Origin: a virus
Strand: one strand, 5' to 3'
Length of the DNA stretch: 64,000 bases
Virus record (IMG/VR): IMGVR_UViG_3300035211_000097
Location: 1-64,000 of that record
A program made the position numbers and the translations under genes. The notes beneath the pieces were generated by a model that did no database searches, was not told the origin of the DNA, and saw only the letters and a list, made by a program, of their open reading frames with translations. Positions 18,301 through 26,728 of this stretch are shown here, piece by piece; position 1 is the stretch's first letter; each line of letters begins with the position of its first letter.

Positions 18301-18494
18301 ACAGAAAGGGTCAGGAGAAGGATGTACGTACAGTGCATTTTTATGCGAATGATCCTAATGATATAAATAAGCGATTTAATTATAAGAAAGCGACAAAAGA
18401 AGCTGAACTTGTCGGCAATGAGTCAGCTGTTGCCGGTCTGGATGATTCCGGGTTCGGGGCTACTCTCAGACAGGTATCGGAAGGGGTAGCATAA
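15345..18494 (+). CDS. SNF2-family SF2 helicase/translocase (DarB-like ATPase, no methylase) with long helical N-terminus
   Basis: DFKAGLGKT, VPAN, ADEVH, MTGTPI, GHNLQ, QQEARMYRKGQ; N-terminal RWVTIRGARVLL..GG.GG module. Confidence 0.85.
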   Translation: MKYKPDTLIKVGRTWFFKSLDNKLVSFRVHRPEVFKILVKGKYYSPDEVKARGMRWVTIRGARVLLQGVGDGWVVVGGAGGKLNHMKIDRILSKEDYAEKRKEKEKQRKDIGRELTPEEKAAEQAKSEERKKQETAALTSYVQKVNALAGNKLDITAENINRVESAAGKEVDFNRKVMRAMLSPEEIEKIREQAKDYVSKQKRYRDIGEKRDTKTEKDMQTHIDKEIDRQVKRKVKEKTRQIEHQATQRIAHDMLDVGIKDKELSTAIDLEKAKKILKYKRDFKKTMKDIYGETEADDASYKVGMTYAGDMESDYDGILEQVKNDIETEKNIEFYDKIDKKYEQLHKHIDKSAAAALNGIMADSYGTGAFFNSNMVKELGIDAVSRAIAYKIQIDGRADSVKEALVRHSNNVRLKTVEKALKNADQAMESTQDILDLADGDDTVYSKATANGYAIRHRTQAMQELAGAAGSLRAMAHMIDALEDPPNDLLQIDMGRDLSKAKRRMNRAGLKNDQYSIKKQSNGRLMAEIKSSSLTPFFENSHETNLMKQKLNKIKRHEMNTGHVSDGIKPEYTWSKDAPDAQEAGYRFAKERGRALLDFKAGLGKTFITANIVADAVKEGKKVLIAVPANLKGQQVKELQKFTMADIGDQVKSSFNFTRTGGMEELSPEDRLARYNEPGVHVVSHNALINDKEALMNAGFDVIVADEVHQMINSKLGDNEKKVSSRTYRSLKELSANAESMVAMTGTPIKKHKVELKKLADLVDPDNNLGSNTEFVKRHAGINQTTSAFQSSETEALRKEVSNFTYSQGYTLRPKHNVTEQKITMSPEQRRRMSQIQQQYAIDTAKGNKNAAATRDIDLWRNTHLTGGVNNPKFQAIINDIQTNGKDQKGLLFFSQGAATEGVAQYAKQLNQVFGEGRAEAVSSKTSATKLERLKAKINDPNDPLRFLVGTETLSTGHNLQGAGFVHHVDIPMSKAQSDQQEARMYRKGQEKDVRTVHFYANDPNDINKRFNYKKATKEAELVGNESAVAGLDDSGFGATLRQVSEGVA

Positions 18495-18877
18495 TGAAGC
18501 AGGATGTACAATCCAGTTTGGATAAAGTAGAAGGGAAGCTCGCAGAACTTCAGGCACAGCAGGCGGTTTCGATCAATCAACAGAAAGAGCTTTTAAAAAA
18601 AGCTCACAGTAATATTGAAAAGATTAATCGGAACTTAAACGGATTGCAGAAAAGGCTGGAGCCATACCTGACAGAAGACGGAGAACCGGAAACACCTTCA
18701 CAGATAAATTCTTTTCTGGAATTACGGGGCAGGTATGAAGACCTGCTTGTTCTGCGTAAACAGGAACAGGACGCTATACAGATTATTGAAGAATCTCTGG
18801 CCGAGGCTGAACTGGGTATGACTTCCCCTGTCAACAAAGGATCAGATAAAACATTGGGAGCGATTGTTGATGAATAA
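18494..18877 (+). CDS. Coiled-coil hypothetical protein
   Basis: TAATG coupling; heptad pattern. Confidence 0.65.
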   Translation: MKQDVQSSLDKVEGKLAELQAQQAVSINQQKELLKKAHSNIEKINRNLNGLQKRLEPYLTEDGEPETPSQINSFLELRGRYEDLLVLRKQEQDAIQIIEESLAEAELGMTSPVNKGSDKTLGAIVDE

Positions 18878-19814
18878 GTTATTTATGAAAGGTAAAAAAG
18901 CGTCCATCGGAACCATACGGACATGGTCAGGTGGAAAGCGTTATAAGAAAACATCACAGGGCTGGGTACCGGCAGGAGAAAAAGCTGATACTGCGCTGGC
19001 TGCTGGGTGGAAAATTTCTCCGTCAAAGGAAACTCCCGGACATTTTGATGTGTCTTATAAAGGGCAGATAGCGCACACTGTTCCTACTATGAAAGATGCT
19101 CGACATGTGGTTCGTTCTGAGGGCGGATTTATACAGGAAGATAAAAAGCAGAAACAACGACAGAAAAAAGCAGAAGAAACTACTGTTTTTCTTTATAAAA
19201 AGTGGGACAAATTGGCCCATGAGTATGGGGTCGAACATGATACCATTGATTTGGTGCGTGCTTACAAGAAAAGAGAAAAAGGAAAAGGTGTATCTTTGCC
19301 TATTGCTTCTAAGGCTGATTTTCAGAACCTGTATCAGCATACAACAATAGCGATGATCAGCGCAGGAAGGAACCCTGCAAATAAAGCTGATATGAAATTG
19401 ACAGATGCACAGATCGATGCTCGAACAAAACAGCTGGAAGTCGATCTGGTAAAAGCCGGTTATGTGTATACCCCGGCTGAAGGTAAATATGAGAACCCGG
19501 AAAAATCATTTATGGTAATGATTCATGATGCCAATAAAAATGAAATGTTTGATCTGGGTGCAAAATATAATCAGGATTCTGTAGCGTTTGCTGACAAAGG
19601 AAAAAACAGTCTTTTGATGACGACTGGTACAAAGAAGGGAAAAGAAGTCATGGCAGGAGAAGGGTTCTCTATAATTGATATGCCGAAAGATTCTGATAAT
19701 TACTATACAGACATTTCGGTTGCCGGTAAAAGGTTGCGGTTTAGTCTGATCATGGAAGAAATTAAAAAAGCCTTGCGCTTATTTTTTAAAGTGAAAACCG
19801 GAGGTAAAAAATAA
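18870..19814 (+). CDS. Putative SAM lyase (T3 SAMase-like) with N-terminal basic tag
   Basis: ISAGR...ARTKQL..DL...GKYE..EKSFMV...LGAKYNQDSV parallels T3 SAMase VSAFR/GCYRE/EEKT/WEQDCV. Confidence 0.65.
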   Translation: MNKLFMKGKKASIGTIRTWSGGKRYKKTSQGWVPAGEKADTALAAGWKISPSKETPGHFDVSYKGQIAHTVPTMKDARHVVRSEGGFIQEDKKQKQRQKKAEETTVFLYKKWDKLAHEYGVEHDTIDLVRAYKKREKGKGVSLPIASKADFQNLYQHTTIAMISAGRNPANKADMKLTDAQIDARTKQLEVDLVKAGYVYTPAEGKYENPEKSFMVMIHDANKNEMFDLGAKYNQDSVAFADKGKNSLLMTTGTKKGKEVMAGEGFSIIDMPKDSDNYYTDISVAGKRLRFSLIMEEIKKALRLFFKVKTGGKK

Positions 19815-20686
19815 TGCAAGCAGAAGCAACAGCAGTGATTCCTACTGGTTGGGTGATAGCTGGAATAGTTGTAATTGTTATTGTTTTGATACTCATTATA
19901 ATCAAGGCATCTGTAAAAGTTTTAAAAACAAAAGGTGGTAAGATTCATGTAAATTTTAAAAAAGGTTCTGTGGATTTTGAGAATGGTGAAGAGTCCACAG
20001 AAGAACCGCCTGAAGAAAAAAAGTTATTTACTGACGTTCTGGTAAACCACGAGGATGCTATGCCTTGTGATACAGATAAATGTGAGCGAATAAAGGCGGT
20101 TGAAGTGTTAAAACTAATGGAGAAACTGGAAGAGTACTTGAATGACAAGTGGATGATCAGGCTGAAATTAAATTTGCGTGATCAAATGAAGTTGGTTGAG
20201 GGTAAGTTGCGCTATATCAAGGGGCTGATGTATAGTGTATTTCTTACTCTCGTGAAGAATAATAAACCGGAAGACTTTGATATTATAAATTGTAGTGAGT
20301 CTTATACATATGGTAAGGCTTTGGATGTCGTAATTTCCCGGTTAAAAGATGATATGCGTGAACGATGTTCTGATGATTGTTTTGAAAAGATCAGTGACAG
20401 GGAAACTGATTCTGGGCCGAGTCTATGGCATGTGTATAAACAGAATGCATGGGAGACTATGCAGGCATTGGTTACTGAAACGTTGGATCATGAATATCCT
20501 TTTTTTATAGATATCGACAGGAAAGATGTATACAATGCAAATAAGAAGATGATTGAAGAAGAAGAGCTGAAACGTCTGGTTCTGAACACGTTTAACAATC
20601 TTCGGGATATTGCTATCAAGTATGATAACCAGATTAACAATAAGAAAGAGGCCTATCAGGAAGAGGTTAAAAAGGTTTTTAAATAA
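19814..20686 (+). CDS. N-terminally membrane-anchored helical protein
   Basis: WVIAGIVVIVIVLILIII TM segment. Confidence 0.65.
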   Translation: MQAEATAVIPTGWVIAGIVVIVIVLILIIIKASVKVLKTKGGKIHVNFKKGSVDFENGEESTEEPPEEKKLFTDVLVNHEDAMPCDTDKCERIKAVEVLKLMEKLEEYLNDKWMIRLKLNLRDQMKLVEGKLRYIKGLMYSVFLTLVKNNKPEDFDIINCSESYTYGKALDVVISRLKDDMRERCSDDCFEKISDRETDSGPSLWHVYKQNAWETMQALVTETLDHEYPFFIDIDRKDVYNANKKMIEEEELKRLVLNTFNNLRDIAIKYDNQINNKKEAYQEEVKKVFK

Positions 20687-21660
20687 TGTTGTTATTATCG
20701 TTACGAAAGCACCGGAAATTACCGGAAGGAACAACGACAATAAAATATGACTCGAAGACAGGGCATGCCTATCTTTATAAAAAGGAAGGTGGTAAGTGGA
20801 TATATGTAAAAGGGCAACAGACACGGGGACGCACTAAAACTGTAACACAGAAAAAGGAAAGCGATTTCAAATATTCTATGGATGTAAATGTTATTAAAAA
20901 TCTCATGGAAAAGAGGGACATTAAAACATTGGAAGATTTAAAAAAGTATGTTTCTTCTCATCCGAAAGACGATTCTATGCAGCTGTATCGGGATGTTGTA
21001 AACGGTCTGCGCAAGGAATTTACACAAAATCCAAAACTTAAACCGATGGCTATGGTTGCTTTAAAAAAATTTGGTACTCTATTGACCAGTACAATCAGGC
21101 ATGAGGCCCCGAAAAAGAAAAGGCTGACAGTGGATGTGACACCAAAGGGAAAAAAAGAAGCTACCTACAGAAGAAAGCCGAAAACATCAAAACCGGCTTC
21201 TTTTCCTGCTTCCAGTATACGGCAGGCTGAAAAAATTACCGGATCATGGCATCCGGCTGAGTCCATGCCTACTACCGGAGAAATAAAAAAGATGATTGCC
21301 TCAGGTAATGCTAAAGTGCTGAAAGGCAGTCCGCAGAAGTCCGGGACGTGGAGGCTACCGAAAAAGTTGAGGGATGAAAGATATAATCATCTTTTGATAC
21401 CATTCAGACCTGATGAAAAAGGTATTAAGGTTACTTTTCAGCAGATTAAGCGAAATAAGAGAAGGGACAGTGTTGTCGCTTCTGTACAGGTGACTGTTCC
21501 GTATGCCTATGCACAGCAATTTATGGAGAAGCATATACAGACTGTACGAATTCGTAATGATCGAATAGGGCAAATGAAACGGTCAGCTGGTTATCAAAAT
21601 TCTCTGACTGGTAAAAAGATGACAGTAAAAACAACAAAGAAAGAAGCGAGAACAGCGTAA
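20686..21660 (+). CDS. Highly basic putative internal head protein
   Basis: Lys-rich; N-terminal LP.GT...Y.K...GKW.Y tag variant. Confidence 0.6.
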   Translation: MLLLSLRKHRKLPEGTTTIKYDSKTGHAYLYKKEGGKWIYVKGQQTRGRTKTVTQKKESDFKYSMDVNVIKNLMEKRDIKTLEDLKKYVSSHPKDDSMQLYRDVVNGLRKEFTQNPKLKPMAMVALKKFGTLLTSTIRHEAPKKKRLTVDVTPKGKKEATYRRKPKTSKPASFPASSIRQAEKITGSWHPAESMPTTGEIKKMIASGNAKVLKGSPQKSGTWRLPKKLRDERYNHLLIPFRPDEKGIKVTFQQIKRNKRRDSVVASVQVTVPYAYAQQFMEKHIQTVRIRNDRIGQMKRSAGYQNSLTGKKMTVKTTKKEARTA

Positions 21661-22808
21661 TGTGTGTATTGTGTGAACTGGAATACAAAGAAAAAATCTC
21701 TTTTGAAATAATCAAGCCATATGAAAATACTTATGCCAAACTGGAAAAAGCAATAGAAACACTTGAAAAAGCCATGGGTGGTAAGCATAAACAGTTGACA
21801 GAAGTATCTCCATATTTATCAATGCGTGAATTGGAAGAGAAGAGTAAAACTGAGGTAGAGAAAGGCTTACATACATTGTTTCAAAATATTTCCCGGAAAT
21901 GGCTGGGATTTGAGAAAGCCAATAATGACCCTTTTAAGCTGGGGTCTGATATATTCATAAACCCACAGACAGGTAAACCGCTTACAAAAGGCGAATGGGC
22001 TAAAATGAAAAAGGATATACTGGGAGCTTTTCAAAAGATTTACGGTGACCAGGACAAGTACATTATAAAGTCTGCCATGGCATTAGGAAAAATCCTCAAG
22101 GCTATGCCGACAAAGGACGCTATAAAGACACCGCTTAAAGATTTATCTATAAAACTTAGCCATGAGGTGAGGAAAGTAGAGGCTGATCCAATATATGCAA
22201 ATACTCTGGCGTTTGCAGAGCAGAGAACAGGACAATTGATCACCAATTTATCTGAATATCAATTTACAAAGATACACGATGCCATCTTACAGGCTCAGGT
22301 AGACCGTTTGTCTGCCCGGCAATTAGAAACAAATTTATTTGATCAGTTTTCCGAGATGAACAGGGACTGGCGAATGATTGCTGAAACAGAGATGGCAAAT
22401 AATGAAAATAACGGACAGTTGTTAACGGCTTTGTCCCGTGCTACTGAAGAGAAACCGGTCTTCATGCAGGGTGGTTCTTCGGGTGGTGCGTGTTCATGGT
22501 GTCGTAACATGGTAAATAATAAAGTGGTCATGGTTGTGCCGGAACCTCCTACCGGTGGCGGTGATATTGTTTATTATCAGGATAAGCCGTATACAGCTGT
22601 CTGGCCCGGCAAAACTAATGCAGGCAGGAAGAGATCAAACTGGTGGGTAGCTTCTGGCGCACAGCATCCTCATTGCCGGTGTTACTGGGTAGAGTATGAA
22701 CCCGGTTTTGAAGATGAGTGGAAACAGCTTCAGGCTGCCATCGATGAGGCTACTAAGGACAGTGAGGCTGTGAAAAAATTATATGAGAAACCTGCTTGGG
22801 AAAGATAA
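21660..22808 (+). CDS. MuF-family minor head protein
   Basis: RDWRMIAETE, AC..C, QHPHCRC; upstream of protease. Confidence 0.8.
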   Translation: MCVLCELEYKEKISFEIIKPYENTYAKLEKAIETLEKAMGGKHKQLTEVSPYLSMRELEEKSKTEVEKGLHTLFQNISRKWLGFEKANNDPFKLGSDIFINPQTGKPLTKGEWAKMKKDILGAFQKIYGDQDKYIIKSAMALGKILKAMPTKDAIKTPLKDLSIKLSHEVRKVEADPIYANTLAFAEQRTGQLITNLSEYQFTKIHDAILQAQVDRLSARQLETNLFDQFSEMNRDWRMIAETEMANNENNGQLLTALSRATEEKPVFMQGGSSGGACSWCRNMVNNKVVMVVPEPPTGGGDIVYYQDKPYTAVWPGKTNAGRKRSNWWVASGAQHPHCRCYWVEYEPGFEDEWKQLQAAIDEATKDSEAVKKLYEKPAWER

Positions 22809-22813
22809 TTTCA

Positions 22814-22825
22814 TGTTATAATAAA
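22814..22825 (+). promoter_or_regulatory. Class B promoter of the head operon
   Basis: TGTTATAATAAA; operator-like palindrome at 22828-22842. Confidence 0.65.
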
Positions 22826-22857
22826 ATAACTATAGTAAAGTAAAAGGAGACTACCTT

Positions 22858-23457
22858 ATGGGTGACGAACAGAACACAGAAAATGTTGTAACTGAAGAAA
22901 CTACTCCTGAAGAAAATCAGGAACAGGAAGAGGCAACTACCAAAACAGTTGTGGAAGGTGCAAATGAAACAACGTCGGAAGAATTGGGTGCTGTTGAGCT
23001 GACCATGGAAGATGTAAATGAAATGACATCTGAAGAATTAGATGGACTTACTGAGGCGGACAAGCAAGCACTGAAACTTGATGATAACAAAATCGCTTCT
23101 TTAAAAGTGGCTGCTGATGAAAGAGCGAGGGCAGTTGAACTTGAAAAAGAAGATGCTGAAAAAGAAGCTGTTGCTACTGCTAAAAATGATGCTAATGCAG
23201 CAGCCAAGGAAAAACAGGACAAAGAAGATGTCAAGGCCAAAGCGGATAAGGAAAAACAGGACAAGGACAATGCCCCAAAGAGTAACACCGGTGTGACAGA
23301 TAAGGTTACTGAAAAAGTATCTAAAGAGTCTGTCAAACAGTTACCGAAAGATATGAGGAAAATTGTTCAGGCTGCAATCCGAGTTCTTGCGTCTAAAACA
23401 CTTAATCAGGCAGAAATGTCGGATTTTGTAGATTCATTTCCGGCTCTTTTTGAATAA
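22858..23457 (+). CDS. Acidic, low-complexity head-associated protein
   Basis: AAGGAG RBS; E/T-rich N-terminus, KEKQDK duplicate. Confidence 0.65.
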   Translation: MGDEQNTENVVTEETTPEENQEQEEATTKTVVEGANETTSEELGAVELTMEDVNEMTSEELDGLTEADKQALKLDDNKIASLKVAADERARAVELEKEDAEKEAVATAKNDANAAAKEKQDKEDVKAKADKEKQDKDNAPKSNTGVTDKVTEKVSKESVKQLPKDMRKIVQAAIRVLASKTLNQAEMSDFVDSFPALFE

Positions 23458-23477
23458 AAGGGCGTAAAGAGGTCGAA

Positions 23478-23699
23478 ATGTCAGTGAAAATTCAGCAGGG
23501 TGTTGACAGCAATACCGGACGGAGTTATCATAAAAATAGAAAGAAGATCAAATTGGTGCTTGCGAAGAGTGCTGAGGATTTTCATGAAGTCCGGTGTGAT
23601 GAGTGCAATGCCTTGTTCTTTAAATCTACAGGACTTTCCGGTACATTACAAATGAAGTGTCGAAAGTGCGGAAAGCTGGTAGCACTGCATTTCGGCTGA
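23478..23699 (+). CDS. Mu Com-like Zn-ribbon regulator
   Basis: EVRCDECNALFFK...MKCRKCG. Confidence 0.65.
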   Translation: MSVKIQQGVDSNTGRSYHKNRKKIKLVLAKSAEDFHEVRCDECNALFFKSTGLSGTLQMKCRKCGKLVALHFG

Positions 23700-23724
23700 A
23701 GCAAGAAGTATTCGATCCCGATAG

Positions 23725-23760
23725 AGGACACACTTTTTAATTAAGGTGTGTCCTTTTTTT
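23725..23760 (+). terminator. Terminator/attenuator before the protease RBS
   Basis: AGGACACAC-N12-GTGTGTCCT plus T run, then ATGGAG. Confidence 0.65.
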
Positions 23761-23773
23761 ATGGAGTTTGATA

Positions 23774-24577
23774 ATGCGTGAGACTTTGGAAAAAATCGAT
23801 AATCCGTTTTACAGTCCTTTCCCGGACAGTTCGGTATTGATAAAAGCAGAAGAGCATAACGACAAATGGATCGTGTATATGCAGGCTTCTAATGAAATTC
23901 GGGATCAGGAAGGTGACATCATAGAGATGTCGGCTTTGAAGAAAGCCCGTGATTATTATTTGAGCCACGGGGTCTTGTCATGGAACCATCAGCATAAGAT
24001 CAAACAAGACCCGAAATACATTGTCGGTGAACCCATAGACGTGGAATTTACCAACAATAACGAAACCATATTGAAAGGGTTTCTTTATAAAGAAAACGAT
24101 ATCGCTCAGAACATTATGAAAAATATACGTTCCGGGGCGAAAAAATTAGGTGCTTCTATCGGAGGTGGTATTCTACATAAATCACAGGACAAAAAAGTTT
24201 CTGCGGTTATTTGGGATGAGACAGCAATAACGCATTGTCCGGTAAACGATGGAACACTGGGAAATGTACAGATTGTACCTTTTGCAGAATTCATGAAAGC
24301 ACTAACAGCTGGTTCCGGGGTAGACGCTTCGTCTTTCTCAGGTGGCCGGGCCATAACTCCTGAAAGTATGCAGGGAGCTACGGTAGAAATGATTGGTAAC
24401 AGGTCACAGCTTGAGTGGGATAGTATTTTCACTTCTTTGGCAAAGGCCATTGCTACCGATGTGGTAACCAATTATAACGAATTGGTTGATTTTTGCAGCA
24501 GTAATCTTGGTTTAGATCAAGATGAAATAAAGGCGGTTGGTCAGACTGTCGTAAATTATTTTAAACGGGAGAGCTAA
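23774..24577 (+). CDS. Prohead protease
   Basis: ASNE.RDQEGD, WNHQH, ASIGG, ETAIT..PVN; upstream of scaffold and MCP. Confidence 0.85.
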   Translation: MRETLEKIDNPFYSPFPDSSVLIKAEEHNDKWIVYMQASNEIRDQEGDIIEMSALKKARDYYLSHGVLSWNHQHKIKQDPKYIVGEPIDVEFTNNNETILKGFLYKENDIAQNIMKNIRSGAKKLGASIGGGILHKSQDKKVSAVIWDETAITHCPVNDGTLGNVQIVPFAEFMKALTAGSGVDASSFSGGRAITPESMQGATVEMIGNRSQLEWDSIFTSLAKAIATDVVTNYNELVDFCSSNLGLDQDEIKAVGQTVVNYFKRES

Positions 24578-24579
24578 AC

Positions 24580-25323
24580 ATGAAAACAGGCGAGAAAGAA
24601 AAAGAAACTGTTTTAGATCAGGAAGCTCTTGAGAAATCTCTGGACACTTCGATGGCCGGTTTAAAAGCAGAATTGGGTATAACCCCTGTTGAACCTGTCA
24701 AACCCGAACCTCTAAAAAAAGGTAAAACCGAGGAAGAAAACGGCGAACCTGAAGACACTGAAGGGGAATCTGAAAAAGAGAAAGACGGCGAAGAAGAGGG
24801 ATACGAGGAAACAGCAAAATCCATTGAAGCAATGATGAATGATGCCCCTGAAGCTGAAGCAGCAATGGATGTAGAGCCCTTTCTCCGTACTCTCGTAAAG
24901 AGTATCGACAAGAGATTTAATGATCTCGCTTCTCAGATGACTGATGAAGTCGGCAAAAAACTTGACGGTGTTGTAAGTCTTGTGAAATCACAGGCCACAA
25001 TGATGCTTGCGCAGGCTGATCTTCAGAAGTCCATCAGCGAAAACACAAGGAAGATAGGGGATCAGACAATTCCCTCTGCTTCTGTCCGAGGCAAAGCCGG
25101 GGAACGCTTTGCAAAGAGTAATGATGGGAAGACACCAGAAATCGACTTCTCAAACATTGATCCTGCAAAAATTGACACTCTTGAGTGGCTGAAGAAAGGA
25201 TGGATCAACAATACTCAGGCCACTGTTATTGATAACAGGGTCACCAAAAACGCTTTGTTTAAATCGGGTGATGCCACTGATCTTATGGTGAAATCACTCA
25301 TAGAAAAACAGGAGGCTAAATAA
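24580..25323 (+). CDS. Putative scaffolding protein
   Basis: Between protease and MCP; acidic; many hydrophobic-x-K-S sites. Confidence 0.7.
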   Translation: MKTGEKEKETVLDQEALEKSLDTSMAGLKAELGITPVEPVKPEPLKKGKTEEENGEPEDTEGESEKEKDGEEEGYEETAKSIEAMMNDAPEAEAAMDVEPFLRTLVKSIDKRFNDLASQMTDEVGKKLDGVVSLVKSQATMMLAQADLQKSISENTRKIGDQTIPSASVRGKAGERFAKSNDGKTPEIDFSNIDPAKIDTLEWLKKGWINNTQATVIDNRVTKNALFKSGDATDLMVKSLIEKQEAK

Positions 25324-25324
25324 A

Positions 25325-26710
25325 ATGAAACCAGCAGCTATTTTTGACGAAAAGCTCACAGGATATGGCGAACTGCATGCGGAGTCTCTTCAGAATTTGC
25401 AGAAAGCCTTAACTGCTGGTGACGGTGTTGATGCCGGTTCTTTTACCGGTGGTCGTGCGCTGACACCTGAGAGTTTAGAAAAAACTCTGGTCAACATCCT
25501 GCATACACAGGATGAAGCCGTTCTGTTCAAAGCTCTGAAGAAAACACCCATCAAAGGGCCTGTTCACCAGTGGAATCAGCGTGACGAAGTCGGCGCAGAT
25601 GACGGAGCATGGGTACCGGAAGGTGGCGATTCTGAAGACACTGATCAGAACATCGAACGTAAGTACTTGACTGCGAAATATCTTCAGACTCGCAGACAGG
25701 TAACCTTGCAGGCAGCATCGACAAACATGCTCGAAAACGCAATGGCAATCGAACAGAATGCCGGTATGCTCTGGCTTGTGAGAAACACAGAAAAAGGTCT
25801 GATCTACGGAAATTCAGACCATGTTGCGTATCAGCCCGATGGACTGATCAAACAGATTCCCACATCGAACGTTCTTGATATGAGAGGTGGCGATGCAACG
25901 TCCAGCACCTTTGAAGATCGTATCGGTGAATCCGCAAGACTCATCCGTGACAGTTATGGTAAGGCCAGTCTGATATTGTCCTCTACCATGGTTATGCAGG
26001 ATGTACAGGTTCTGTTGAGAGACAGGATCAGATTTCAGGCAGGAACTACACAGGGAAGTGCGGTGTTCACAGAATATCCCACACCTTTTGGAACACCTGA
26101 TCTGAAAGAAGACATCTTCATCAAGGAAGGAAATGTACCTTCTCCGTCAAGTCTGACGGCAAAAAGACCAAGTGCGCCTACTCTGGGTACGCTGACAACC
26201 CCTGCCAGTACAACCGGTTACTCTTTTGATGCCGGTTCTGCAGGTGACTATGTGTATAAAGTTGTCGCAGTAAACAGGTACGGTGATTCTGTTGCTTCAG
26301 CAGAACTTGTTGTCGCTGGTGTCGCCACAGGTGACATGGTTCAATTTACCATTACTGATGGTGCTGTAGCCGGTACAGCTTACAAGATTTACCGCTCAAT
26401 TAAGGGTGGTGTTACAGGTGCTGAAGTAAGGTACATGGAAACAATCGTAAGAACAGGTGCAGCCACTGTTTATCAGGATGATAACAGTGAACTTCCCGGA
26501 TGTTCTGACGTTTTCGTTCTCACAATGGAAGGAATGTATGATGCAATCGAATGGTTTCAGTTTCTTCCAGCAATGAAGTTCGATTTATTTCCGACAAATG
26601 CAGCTGTTTATCCGTTCCTGATGCTTATTTTCGGAGGTCTTGCACTGAAGAAACCGCCTCAGCATGTACGGATCAAAAACGTTGCGCCCTCTAATCTGGG
26701 CTGGTTCTAA
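25325..26710 (+). CDS. Major capsid protein (SPO1/Twort-like)
   Basis: LQK-ALTAG.G.D....GGRAL..ESL N-terminus, EGG, Y.YKVVAVN..G.S, LPG, QFLP.MK. Confidence 0.9.
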   Translation: MKPAAIFDEKLTGYGELHAESLQNLQKALTAGDGVDAGSFTGGRALTPESLEKTLVNILHTQDEAVLFKALKKTPIKGPVHQWNQRDEVGADDGAWVPEGGDSEDTDQNIERKYLTAKYLQTRRQVTLQAASTNMLENAMAIEQNAGMLWLVRNTEKGLIYGNSDHVAYQPDGLIKQIPTSNVLDMRGGDATSSTFEDRIGESARLIRDSYGKASLILSSTMVMQDVQVLLRDRIRFQAGTTQGSAVFTEYPTPFGTPDLKEDIFIKEGNVPSPSSLTAKRPSAPTLGTLTTPASTTGYSFDAGSAGDYVYKVVAVNRYGDSVASAELVVAGVATGDMVQFTITDGAVAGTAYKIYRSIKGGVTGAEVRYMETIVRTGAATVYQDDNSELPGCSDVFVLTMEGMYDAIEWFQFLPAMKFDLFPTNAAVYPFLMLIFGGLALKKPPQHVRIKNVAPSNLGWF

Positions 26711-26728
26711 TACCGGGCAACAGTAATC

